From assembly GCA_965200785.1 (NCBI GenBank), contig CBDAVA010000003.1:2470205-2534204 (forward strand): DNA of 64,000 nucleotides, in the 5' to 3' direction. Each line of letters begins with the position of its first letter. Positions within the stretch are counted from its first letter, which is position 1. Below the pieces are notes generated by a model, which did not search any database, had not been told where the DNA came from, and was given only the letters and a program-made list of their open reading frames with translations. The translations under genes were made by a program, and so were the position numbers. This DNA comes from Alphaproteobacteria bacterium. Its GTDB lineage: Bacteria > Pseudomonadota > Alphaproteobacteria > Bin95. Shown one piece after another: positions 27,642 to 36,460 of this stretch.

Positions 27642-29513
27642 ATGTCCGATACACCAGCCGTCAAACCCTATGGCACCTGGGTCTCGCCGCTCTCGGCCCG
27701 GCGGATTGCGGAGGCGGGCGTCGGGATTTTCTTCGTCCGGGCCGACGGCGACAGCCTCTACTGGCTCGAGAGCCGGCCGCGGGAACGGGGCCGCAGCGTG
27801 CTGTTGCGTTACCGGAAAGGCGAGAGCAGCGAGGTGCTGCCGGCCCATTTTGATGTGCGCTCGCGCGTGCATGAATATGGCGGCGGCGCCTATGCGGCCG
27901 CCGGCGGGCGGATCGTCTTTTCCGACTTCCGGGACGGCCGCGTCTGGCTTGCAGACGAGAACGGGGACGTCCGCCCGATAACGCCCCGGGCAGCCCTGCG
28001 GTATGCGGACTTCGCCTTCGCCCCGGAAGGCATCTACGCCGTGCGCGAGGATCACCGCAAGCCGGGAGAGCCCGTCAACAGCGTGGTGCTGCTGGACCCC
28101 GACGGAACCGGCGAAGGCGCCGCCGTCGCCGCCGGCCGGGACTTCTATGCCGCGCCGAGGCCCGGCCCGGACGGACGCCTCGCCTGTATCGCCTGGAACC
28201 ACCCGGACATGCCCTGGGACGCGACCGAATTGCTGCTCGACGGCGAAGTTGTCGCCGGAGGACCGGGGGAATCAGTGCTGCAACCCGCCTGGGCGGCGGA
28301 TGGGCGGCTGCTTTACATTTCGGACCGGTCCGGCTGGTGGAACCTCTACGTCCACAACAGCGCCGGCGGCGCGCCGCTGAAACCCATGGCGGCCGAGTTC
28401 GCCGGGCCGCTCTGGAGTCTGGGCGCACAGAGTTACCGCTGCCTCTCCGACGGCGATGTAATTGCCCGATACGAGCGCAATGGCCGCGTCTTTGTCGAGC
28501 GGCTTTACGCCGGCCGGTTCGAGACAGGATTCTCTCGGCCTGCCTGTCCCGTGCCTTTTGACGGCGGCTGGGCAGTGCTCGGCGCCGATACCGACCGCCC
28601 CGCGCGGCTCGACCTGTTGCACCGGGACGGAAGGCGCGAAACGCTTGCCCGTTCCGCCCCGGACGACCTCAATGCGGCTTTCGTGTCGCGGGGAAAACCG
28701 ATCTCCTTTCCGACCAGCGGCGGACGCACTGCCCATGCGTGGTTCTACGCGCCGAAGAACCCGGATTTCACCGCTCCGGACGAGGAACGGCCGCCCTTGA
28801 TCGTGCGGTCCCACGGCGGGCCGACTGGCGCTTCGGACAACAGTTATTCGCCCGCCATTCAATACTGGACGACAAGGGGATTTGCCGTTGTGGATGTCAA
28901 TTACGGCGGCAGCAGCGGCTATGGGCGCGCATTTCGCGAGCAGTTGAACGGACAATGGGGCGTTGTCGATGTGGACGATTGCTGCGCAGCCGCGGCCTGG
29001 CTCGCAGACAGCGGACAGGTGGATGCCGGCAGGCTTGTCGTCCGCGGCGGCAGCGCCGGCGGATATACGACGCTCGCCGCGCTGGCATTCCGGGATGTTT
29101 TCAAGGCGGGCGCCAGCCTTTACGGGATCGGCGATCTCAAGGCTCTCGCCAAGGATACGCACAAATTCGAAAGCCGCTACCTTGATCGGTTGATCGGGCC
29201 ATTGCCGGAGGCGGAGGCCGTTTACGACGCGCGCTCGCCCCTGCTTCATGCAGACGGCATTTCCTGCCCGGTGATCTTCCTGCAGGGCAGCGAGGACAAG
29301 GTCGTGCCGCCGGATCAGACGGAGGCCATGGCGGCAGCGCTTCGGGCCAGGCAAATTCCCGTTGCTCTGTTACTCTTCGAAGGTGAAGGGCATGGCTTTC
29401 GGCAGGCGGAGAATATCGTTGCGGCCCTGGAAGCCGAACTCTCTTTCTTCGCGCGGATGCTCGGTTTTGAGGCGCCGGGCGTACCGGGAATCGTGCTTCT
29501 TGAAGACCGGTAG
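27642..29513 (+). CDS. S9-family serine peptidase (prolyl oligopeptidase / acylaminoacyl-peptidase-like)
   Basis: N-terminal beta-propeller. C-terminal alpha/beta hydrolase with GGSAGG nucleophile elbow, Asp and His (GEGHGF). Confidence 0.9.
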   Translation: MSDTPAVKPYGTWVSPLSARRIAEAGVGIFFVRADGDSLYWLESRPRERGRSVLLRYRKGESSEVLPAHFDVRSRVHEYGGGAYAAAGGRIVFSDFRDGRVWLADENGDVRPITPRAALRYADFAFAPEGIYAVREDHRKPGEPVNSVVLLDPDGTGEGAAVAAGRDFYAAPRPGPDGRLACIAWNHPDMPWDATELLLDGEVVAGGPGESVLQPAWAADGRLLYISDRSGWWNLYVHNSAGGAPLKPMAAEFAGPLWSLGAQSYRCLSDGDVIARYERNGRVFVERLYAGRFETGFSRPACPVPFDGGWAVLGADTDRPARLDLLHRDGRRETLARSAPDDLNAAFVSRGKPISFPTSGGRTAHAWFYAPKNPDFTAPDEERPPLIVRSHGGPTGASDNSYSPAIQYWTTRGFAVVDVNYGGSSGYGRAFREQLNGQWGVVDVDDCCAAAAWLADSGQVDAGRLVVRGGSAGGYTTLAALAFRDVFKAGASLYGIGDLKALAKDTHKFESRYLDRLIGPLPEAEAVYDARSPLLHADGISCPVIFLQGSEDKVVPPDQTEAMAAALRARQIPVALLLFEGEGHGFRQAENIVAALEAELSFFARMLGFEAPGVPGIVLLEDR

Positions 29514-29626
29514 GAGGGCGCGACAATTTATCCTGCGGCAGCGACAGCGCGGATACGCTCTTTTGTGCCTTTATCACTGTAATATATTGGCCGGTCAATA
29601 ACGAACTGACGAATGGAGCTCCCAAT

Positions 29627-29893
29627 ATGATTGACGAGAGCACCCTGACGAAGGGAGAGCAGCGCAAGCTCACTGCATTGCGCAAGTCTGTAGGGGAGGC
29701 TATCGGCGACGACGCCTTCTTGAAGTGGAAGAGCCAGACAATGGCGGACAAGCTGGAGGAGGATGGAGAGGCAGAGATTATCGCCAGTGCATTATGGCAG
29801 TTGGTTGAGGAAGGCAAGCTGAAGATCCGGCGCGGCGGTTATATCGTCCGGCGCGGGCGCAGACGTATCATTGTCGAAGCCCGGAACGAGTAG
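29627..29893 (+). CDS. hypothetical small protein (88 aa) in a lower-GC islet
   Basis: GGAG RBS 9 nt upstream. AT-rich putative promoter (TTATCACTGTAATATATTGG) upstream. Lys/Arg-rich C-terminus. Confidence 0.45.
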   Translation: MIDESTLTKGEQRKLTALRKSVGEAIGDDAFLKWKSQTMADKLEEDGEAEIIASALWQLVEEGKLKIRRGGYIVRRGRRRIIVEARNE

Positions 29894-30601
29894 CCGGGCA
29901 CCCGCTATTCCACCCGGCCCGGAGGCTTGGGCGTCGGCGCGTTTTCGACATTGGACAAGCAGGCGGCGCCCTTGTTCAGCGGTGCTTCGGGCTTCCGGGG
30001 AAATAGTGCCGGGCTTGGCGCAGTTCGGTTGACGGGGAAATCAATACCGCGCGCCGTTAGTATTCCATGATGCAGCCGGCGAAGGGCCCTGGTTTGCAGT
30101 TCGTACCACCCTTGCAGGCTTGACCTGTTGTTCCGGACTTGATCCGAGGCAGCGTCCTGCTCTTTTCGCAGGCCCGAGACGACAGGGGATGAATCCCGGG
30201 CGCTCCGCCGTCATCCACCCTGAAACGCGCGGGAGCCTCTTTTCTTCCTCTTCCTGCAAGGACAGGGCCGGAGCAAGAGGTCTGTCCCTCCATCTGCAAT
30301 ACCCGCGCCGGTTGCATCCCCGATTTGTTTGGCGGGGGTTTCGGGTTCTGCTGGCAGCCGGTTACCCCCACGGAGGCCATGACGGTTCCGGGTCAGGCAG
30401 AATCGGCATACAAGAGCCGCTTGGCAGGCATGGTGTGCTTCATGGTCTGCGACCGATTTTCGGTTGGAGGAGTGCGGTGGCGACGCGCCAGGAGTTGACA
30501 GGCGCGCAGCGGGTTCGCTTCGAACGTCTGCTTCCGGGCAAGCCGCGCGACTCGGGAACGGCGCGCCGGTCCGCCGTGCATCCGCCGCCGGCGTCCGAAC
30601 A

Positions 30602-31273
30602 GTGAAACCAGCCGCGCTTCATGTTGAAACGCACGCAACGGCCCGGTTTTCCGGCGCAGCGCTGACCTGCATTCGGGGCGGGCGCATGGTGTTCTCCGGC
30701 CTCGACTTCGCTGTCAATGCCGGTGAAGCGCTGGTGTTGACCGGCCCCAACGGCAGCGGCAAATCAAGCCTCCTGCGCATCATGGCCGGCCTGCTGGCGC
30801 CTGTGGAAGGCGCCGTCGAATGGCAGGGCGCCGACATATCGGCAGACCGCGAGGCTCATGCGGCGCGGCTCCAATATCTCGGTCATCTCGATGCGGTGAA
30901 GCTGGCGCTGACCGCCGCCGAGAATTTGCGTTTCTGGGCAGCCTTGGGCCCGGGTTCCGGCAGCATCGCCCCGGCGCTCGCGCTGTTCGGCATTGCGCCG
31001 CTCGCCGACCTTCCCGCCCGCTTCCTGTCTGCCGGCCAGCGCAGGCGGCTCGCGCTGGCGCGCATCGCGATGTCCGAGGCTCCGCTCTGGCTGCTCGACG
31101 AACCGACCCTGGCGCTCGACGCAGAGGGTGCCGCAGCCGTTCATGCGGCGATCCGGAAACACTGCCGCACCGGCGGGTCCTGCGTGGTCTCGACCAACAC
31201 CGCCCTCGATCTTCCGAATGCGAAGACCCTCGAGATCGACCTGTTCGGCGCCAGGCCGGCCGGCGGCGCATGA
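30602..31273 (+). CDS. ccmA: heme exporter ATP-binding protein CcmA
   Basis: CIRGGR, Walker A GPNGSGKS, ABC signature LSAGQRRR, Walker B LWLLDEP. Start uncertain (GTG 30602 chosen; no in-frame ATG before MVFSG). Confidence 0.8.
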   Translation: MKPAALHVETHATARFSGAALTCIRGGRMVFSGLDFAVNAGEALVLTGPNGSGKSSLLRIMAGLLAPVEGAVEWQGADISADREAHAARLQYLGHLDAVKLALTAAENLRFWAALGPGSGSIAPALALFGIAPLADLPARFLSAGQRRRLALARIAMSEAPLWLLDEPTLALDAEGAAAVHAAIRKHCRTGGSCVVSTNTALDLPNAKTLEIDLFGARPAGGA

Positions 31274-31935
31274 GAACGTTCGCCGCGGCCCTCGGACGCG
31301 AGATGCGGCTCGCAATCCGCGAGCCCGGAGAAGCCGCGGCCGCAGTGATCTTCTTCGTGCTGGCCACGAGCCTTTTCCCGCTCGGCGTCGGACCCGAGGC
31401 CAATCTGCTTGCCCGGATCGCCGCCGGCATCCTGTGGGTTGCGGCATTGCTCGCAGCGATGCTCTCGCTGGAGCGCCTGTTTCTCGGCGACCATGACGAC
31501 GGCAGCCTCGAAGTGCTGGCGCTCTCCCCTCTTCCGCTCGCATTCGTCGTCGGGGCCAAGATGCTGGCGCACTGGCTCACCACATGCGTGCCCCTGATCG
31601 CGGCAATACCCCTGATGGCGGTCCTCCTCGATCTCCGCCCCGGCGGCTATGCGGCCCTGCTTGCCGCCGCAGCGCTCGGCACACCGACTGTCAGCCTTGT
31701 CGGCGGCCTGGGCGCCGCCCTTACCCTGGGCGCGAGACGGGGCGGCATATTGCTTTCGATACTCGTTCTCCCGCTTCTCGTTCCGGTGCTGATATTCGGC
31801 GCCGGCGCGGTGGACGCCGCGATTGCCGGCTTCCCCGTGCGGCAGCAACTCATGGTGCTGGGCGCGTTGCTCCTCGCCGCCCTGGCGCTCTGTCCCTGGG
31901 CCGCGGCCATAGCCGTCCGGCAGGCGCTGGAGTAG
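31270..31935 (+). CDS. ccmB: heme exporter membrane protein CcmB
   Basis: MRTFAAALGREMRLAIREPGE... Six TM helices. ATGA overlap with ccmA. Confidence 0.85.
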   Translation: MRTFAAALGREMRLAIREPGEAAAAVIFFVLATSLFPLGVGPEANLLARIAAGILWVAALLAAMLSLERLFLGDHDDGSLEVLALSPLPLAFVVGAKMLAHWLTTCVPLIAAIPLMAVLLDLRPGGYAALLAAAALGTPTVSLVGGLGAALTLGARRGGILLSILVLPLLVPVLIFGAGAVDAAIAGFPVRQQLMVLGALLLAALALCPWAAAIAVRQALE

Positions 31936-31974
31936 CGCAAGCATCCGTTCGAGACCTGGACACAGCGCCGCCTC

Positions 31975-32262
31975 CGGGTCGTGTCTCAGTGTGACATTCG
32001 CGTTTCTCTGGCAGAGTCAGCCAGGGGCTTGAGAGGCCCGGCCCCCCGCTCCGAACGCCCCGGCGCCTCCCCGGACTCCCGGGCACCGCCTCGGACCCCC
32101 TGTTGTCGCCCCGGACCCCCTACTGTCGCCCCGGCGCTCCGCTCTGCTCCGGCCGGGGTGACGAAGGGGAGGCGATACAAGCGGCGCGGTTCGGAGGCGC
32201 GGTCCGAAAAACCCGCCAGCACGGGCCTTCGTTGCAAACTGAGACACGACCCTCTTCCGCCT
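31975..32262. repeat. MITE-like mosaic repeat, copy C (inverted relative to copy B)
   Basis: GTCGTGTCTCAGTGTGACATTCGCG ... GCCTTCGTTGCAAACTGAGACACGAC. Same modules as copy B in reverse orientation. Confidence 0.8.
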
Positions 32263-32301
32263 GCCGATGACGGCCTGTGCCGGGGGTGCTATGCTCAGCG
32301 C

Positions 32302-32604
32302 ATGGAAGAGCTTGCGGCAGCGCTGTCGCCTTGGGTTACACTGGCCATCGTCCTGGGAGTGTTCCTGTGGCTGCGGCAAGACATACGCGACATTCGACAG
32401 GACATGCGCGACCTCCGGGAAGACATGCGCGATATGCGGGAAGACATGCGCGACATGCGCAGCCGCATGGACCGGCTGGAAGCCGGCCTGGGGGAAGTGA
32501 AAGAAGGTTTGGCGGAAATGCGGGGCCAGCTCACGCTCATATGCGACTATATCCTGCGCCGTAACGCACCGCCGGAGACACAGACGGGAGCGCCGGCGGA
32601 GTAG
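32302..32604 (+). CDS. small N-terminal-TM coiled-coil protein, diverged paralog of the 42.3-43.6 kb tandem family
   Basis: MEELAAALSPWVTLAIVLGVFLW + (DMRx)n heptads encoded by repeats of GAAGACATGCGCGA(C/T)ATGCG(G/C). C-terminus ...ICDYILRRN..APAE matches EGYIVRRNEFGAPAE of the tandem copies. Confidence 0.6.
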   Translation: MEELAAALSPWVTLAIVLGVFLWLRQDIRDIRQDMRDLREDMRDMREDMRDMRSRMDRLEAGLGEVKEGLAEMRGQLTLICDYILRRNAPPETQTGAPAE

Positions 32605-32696
32605 CGCGGCCGGCTTGGCGGGCGCGCAGGGCGCGGCTAAGCTCGCGCCCGAACACCGGCCCGGCAGAGGCGCCGGATATCGAGAGGGAGGGCCTC

Positions 32697-33401
32697 ATGG
32701 CCAAGACGATCACCATCCAGGCGCAGGACGGCTCGGGAGAGTTCACCGCCTATTGCGCCATGCCGGCTTCGGGTTCCGGGCCGGGCGTTCTTTGCATCCA
32801 GGAGATTTTCGGCGTCAATCATGCCATGCGCGACATCGCCGACTACTGGGCGGGCGAAGGCTATATCGCCGTCGCGCCGGACCTGTTCTGGCGGCAGGAG
32901 CCGGGCGTCGATATCACCGACCAGACCGAGGCAGAATGGAAGAAGGCGTTTGAACTCTATCAGGGCTTCGATGCGGACAAGGGCATCGAGGACCTGAAAG
33001 CCGCCGCCGCACATCTGCGCGCCATGGAGGGATGCAACGGCAAGGTCGGCACGGTCGGCTTCTGCCTGGGCGGCAAGCTCGCCTATATGCTGGCCTGCCG
33101 GGCCGATATGGACGCCAATGTCGGCTATTACGGCGTCGGCATTGAGGAGATGCTGGACGAGGCGGAGAACATCTCGGCGCCGCTCATGCTGCATATCGCG
33201 GAGGAAGACGGCTTCGTGCCCAAGGAGGCGCAGGCCGCGGTCAAGGAAGGGCTCGCGGGCAACTCTCATGCGGAGGTGCACTCCTATCCCGGCATGGACC
33301 ATGCCTTTGCGCGAATCGGCGGCCAGCCCTATGACGAGGAGAACGCCGCGCTCGCCAACGGCCGCACGGCCGCCCTGTTCCGGAAAGCCTTGCAGGACTG
33401 A
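32697..33401 (+). CDS. dienelactone hydrolase family protein
   Basis: GFCLGG nucleophile motif. DLH fold. Confidence 0.85.
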   Translation: MAKTITIQAQDGSGEFTAYCAMPASGSGPGVLCIQEIFGVNHAMRDIADYWAGEGYIAVAPDLFWRQEPGVDITDQTEAEWKKAFELYQGFDADKGIEDLKAAAAHLRAMEGCNGKVGTVGFCLGGKLAYMLACRADMDANVGYYGVGIEEMLDEAENISAPLMLHIAEEDGFVPKEAQAAVKEGLAGNSHAEVHSYPGMDHAFARIGGQPYDEENAALANGRTAALFRKALQD

Positions 33402-33428
33402 CGCCGCCGCCAGCCCGGCCGCCTGAAC

Positions 33429-35255
33429 ATGCCGGACCCGCTGGAGGTCCTGCGGCGGGTCTTCGGCTTCGAGGCGTTCCGCGGCCATCAGCGGGCGGTG
33501 ATCGACGCTGTGACCGCCGGCGAGGACGCACTGGTGCTGATGCCTACCGGTGCGGGCAAATCGCTCTGCTACCAGGTCCCGGCCATCGTCCGGCCGGGGG
33601 TGGCCGTTGTGGTCTCGCCGCTGATCGCGCTGATGCAGGACCAGGTGGCGGCGCTCGCCCAGAACGGCATTCGGGCCGCGGCCCTGAACTCGACGCTGCA
33701 TGGCAGGGACCGGGCGGTGGTCGAGCGCGCGATGCGCGAAGGCCGGCTCGATCTCGTCTATGTCTCACCCGAGCGGTTCGCGGCACCCGGCTTCCTCGAG
33801 TTTCTGGAGCAGACGCCCCTGGCGCTGTTCGCCATAGACGAAGCCCATTGCGTGAGCCAATGGGGCCACGACTTCCGCCCGGACTACCGCCGGCTTGCCG
33901 TCCTGGCGGAGCGCTTCCCCGGCGTCCCGCGACTCGCGCTTACCGCCACTGCCGACGAAGCGACCCGCACTGATATTGCCCGCGAGCTCCGGCTGGAGAG
34001 GGCGCGGCGGTTCGTCTCCGGCTTCGACCGGCCCAATATCCGCTACAGCGTCAGGCTGCGCGGCCAGGGCAAGCGCCAGCTTCTCGATTTCGTCCGCGAC
34101 CGGCGCGGCCAGGCTGGCATTGTCTATTGCATGACCCGCGCCCGGGTCGAGAGCGTGGCCGCATCGCTGCACGAGGCCGGCATTCCGGCTCTTGCCTATC
34201 ACGCGGGCATGGAAGCGCCGGCCAGGGCCGCCGCCCAGGCCCGGTTCGTTGCCGCCGACGATGCGGTGATGGTGGCGACCATCGCTTTCGGCATGGGCAT
34301 TGACAAGCCGGATGTGCGCTTCGTCGCCCATTTTGACCTGCCGAAGAGCCTTGAAGCCTATTATCAGGAAACCGGCCGCGCCGGACGCGACGGCCTGCCG
34401 GCGGAAGCCTGGATGCTCTACAGCCTCGCGGACACGGCGCGGCTCCGGGGATTTATCGAGGAATCGCCGGCCCCGGACGAGCAGAAGCGCATCGAGCATA
34501 TGAAGCTCAATGCGCTGCTCGGCTATGCGGAGGCGGCGACTTGCCGGCGGCGCATCATGCTCGCCTATTTCGGCGATGACTGCGCGCCATGCGGCAATTG
34601 CGATGTCTGCCTGGAACCGCCCGAAGTGTTCGACGGCAGAGAGGCCGCGCAAATGGCGCTCTCGGCGGTTTACCGGACCGGCCAGCGTTTCGGCGCGGCG
34701 CATATCGTGGATGTGCTGCGGGGTCGGGACACAGAACGCATCCGGCGTTTCGGCCATGACCGGCTGCCGACCTTCGGCGTCGGCAGCGGGCGCAGCGCGC
34801 AGGCCTGGCGCGCGGTGCTGCGCCAGATGGCGGCGAACGGCCTGCTGGTTGTGGACGGCGCGAATTTCGGCGGGCTGCGCTTCGGGCCGGATGCGCGCGC
34901 GGTGCTGCGCGGCGAGCGCGAGGTGCGGTTCCGCCGGGAGCCAGAGCCCCGGCGCGCGAAGCCGCGCGGGGAGCGGGCCGTTGCGCCGGCGGACAGAGAA
35001 GGCTTCGAGGCGCTCCGCACGCTGCGCCGGACGCTCGCGCAGGAACAGGGCGTGCCGCCCTATGTGGTGTTCCACGACAGTGTGCTGGCCGCGATGCTGG
35101 AGCGCCGCCCAGCGAACCTCGAAGACCTGGCGGCCGTGCCCGGCGTCGGCGCAACCAAGCTTCGCCGCTATGGGGATGCGTTTCTGGCCGCGCTCAGGGA
35201 ACTGCCGCCCGCAGCATCGGAAGATGGGCGTTCCGCTGCGCTTCGGCCGAGGTGA
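33429..35255 (+). CDS. recQ: ATP-dependent DNA helicase RecQ
   Basis: DEAH helicase motifs (PTGAGKSLCYQ, DEAHCVSQWGHDFR). Zn-binding CxxC...CxxC. C-terminal HRDC. Confidence 0.95.
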   Translation: MPDPLEVLRRVFGFEAFRGHQRAVIDAVTAGEDALVLMPTGAGKSLCYQVPAIVRPGVAVVVSPLIALMQDQVAALAQNGIRAAALNSTLHGRDRAVVERAMREGRLDLVYVSPERFAAPGFLEFLEQTPLALFAIDEAHCVSQWGHDFRPDYRRLAVLAERFPGVPRLALTATADEATRTDIARELRLERARRFVSGFDRPNIRYSVRLRGQGKRQLLDFVRDRRGQAGIVYCMTRARVESVAASLHEAGIPALAYHAGMEAPARAAAQARFVAADDAVMVATIAFGMGIDKPDVRFVAHFDLPKSLEAYYQETGRAGRDGLPAEAWMLYSLADTARLRGFIEESPAPDEQKRIEHMKLNALLGYAEAATCRRRIMLAYFGDDCAPCGNCDVCLEPPEVFDGREAAQMALSAVYRTGQRFGAAHIVDVLRGRDTERIRRFGHDRLPTFGVGSGRSAQAWRAVLRQMAANGLLVVDGANFGGLRFGPDARAVLRGEREVRFRREPEPRRAKPRGERAVAPADREGFEALRTLRRTLAQEQGVPPYVVFHDSVLAAMLERRPANLEDLAAVPGVGATKLRRYGDAFLAALRELPPAASEDGRSAALRPR

Positions 35256-35315
35256 CAGAAGGGGGGCGCCGGGGCGCAGGAGTGAAGACGATTGCAGCCC
35301 GCGGCACGCCAGGAT

Positions 35316-35831
35316 TCAGCGCACCGGCCCGGCATCGACAAGGCGGCGGTCTTCCGGCTTCAGGAAGAATTCGACCAGGTTGTTCCCCGGGCCGCCCCGG
35401 TCCACGACGAGGAAATCGGTCTCGCGGTCGAGTGCGATAACGGGGTGGTGCCACACGCCCCTGGCGTAGCTCACCCCCTGCCGCCCGTTTGTGAGAAATA
35501 CGCGGAGGTCGTCCGGTGCGACCGCCTCTCCCGGCGGTGCGACAACAACCAGGAAGGGCTCAGCCCCGAGCGGCATGAAGGCCTGCGAGCCGAGCGGGTG
35601 CTTCTCCAGCATGGCGATTGTCAGCGGCATGGGCAGCGGTCGGGCGCGGAAGACATTGACCAGCGCATGGCCGCCTTTCGCGGCGACATCGACGCGGGCA
35701 AGGTCATGGAAACGGGTCGCTGCGCCGTTATTAATCTCGAACCGGGCCGCACCTTCGGTTTCGATCACATCGCCGAAAGGCTGAAAGGCCGCTCGGGTTA
35801 GGGGCTCGATCAGGAGGACGGTCCTTGCCAT
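35316..35831 (-). CDS. ureidoglycolate lyase (AllA-family)
   Basis: [24 protein letters not shown]... Cupin-type AllA. Confidence 0.7.
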   Translation of the reverse strand: MARTVLLIEPLTRAAFQPFGDVIETEGAARFEINNGAATRFHDLARVDVAAKGGHALVNVFRARPLPMPLTIAMLEKHPLGSQAFMPLGAEPFLVVVAPPGEAVAPDDLRVFLTNGRQGVSYARGVWHHPVIALDRETDFLVVDRGGPGNNLVEFFLKPEDRRLVDAGPVR

Positions 35832-35854
35832 GTGGAGAGATCGGCGCCCCTGCC

Positions 35855-36460
35855 TCAAAGCGCGATTGCGGCGTCGAACTCGCCGCCGGCGGCCTCCAGC
35901 CATTCCCAGAACGAGCGGGCATAGCTGCGCGGGATGTGAAGCTCGAAGGCGTCCGGCCCGCTGCGGTAGAGCAGCGCTTGCGCATTGCCGATGCGGGTGC
36001 GCACCGCCCGCCCCGGCGGAAATGCCTCTGCATCGAGGTCAATGCCGGTTCCTGTGGCCAGCAGGTCGGCGGCGTGGCCGCCCGTGACCGCGATAACCGT
36101 CGAGGCCGCGGACATGTCCACCAGCGCCGCCCCGCTCCCGGCCAGTCCTGCGCCAAGACGTTCCGCCAGCCGGGCGCCGGCGGCCGGCGGCGCGAGCAGG
36201 CGCCATTCGTCCGGGCCGAGGCGGAAGGCAAGCGCGCCGTCTTCGCCCTCGACGGCTGCGCCCGGCTCCCGCGGCAGTCCCGCGCCGAGCGCCGCCTCGA
36301 CACCTGCCGCGAATACCGCGTCGTCAGCCCGGCCGCGCAGGACCAGGCTCACGCGCGCCGGCGCCTCGCCCAGCAGCACGCCGCCGGCGCCGCCGGCGCG
36401 CGAGCCGAGATCCAGGCCCGCAAGCGCGCTGCGCTGCGCCTCTGCCGGATAGTCAACCAC
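35855..36460 (-). CDS. soxG: sarcosine oxidase subunit gamma
   Basis: Last gene of soxBDAG. GTG start 36458-36460 overlapping the soxA stop by 8 nt. SoxG family. Confidence 0.7.
   Translation of the reverse strand: MVDYPAEAQRSALAGLDLGSRAGGAGGVLLGEAPARVSLVLRGRADDAVFAAGVEAALGAGLPREPGAAVEGEDGALAFRLGPDEWRLLAPPAAGARLAERLGAGLAGSGAALVDMSAASTVIAVTGGHAADLLATGTGIDLDAEAFPPGRAVRTRIGNAQALLYRSGPDAFELHIPRSYARSFWEWLEAAGGEFDAAIAL

Noticed and set aside
30622-30666. Mini-ORF MLKRTQRPGFPAQR upstream of ccmA as a leader peptide
   Set aside because: Out of frame with ccmA, no RBS and no conservation evidence. Most likely chance.
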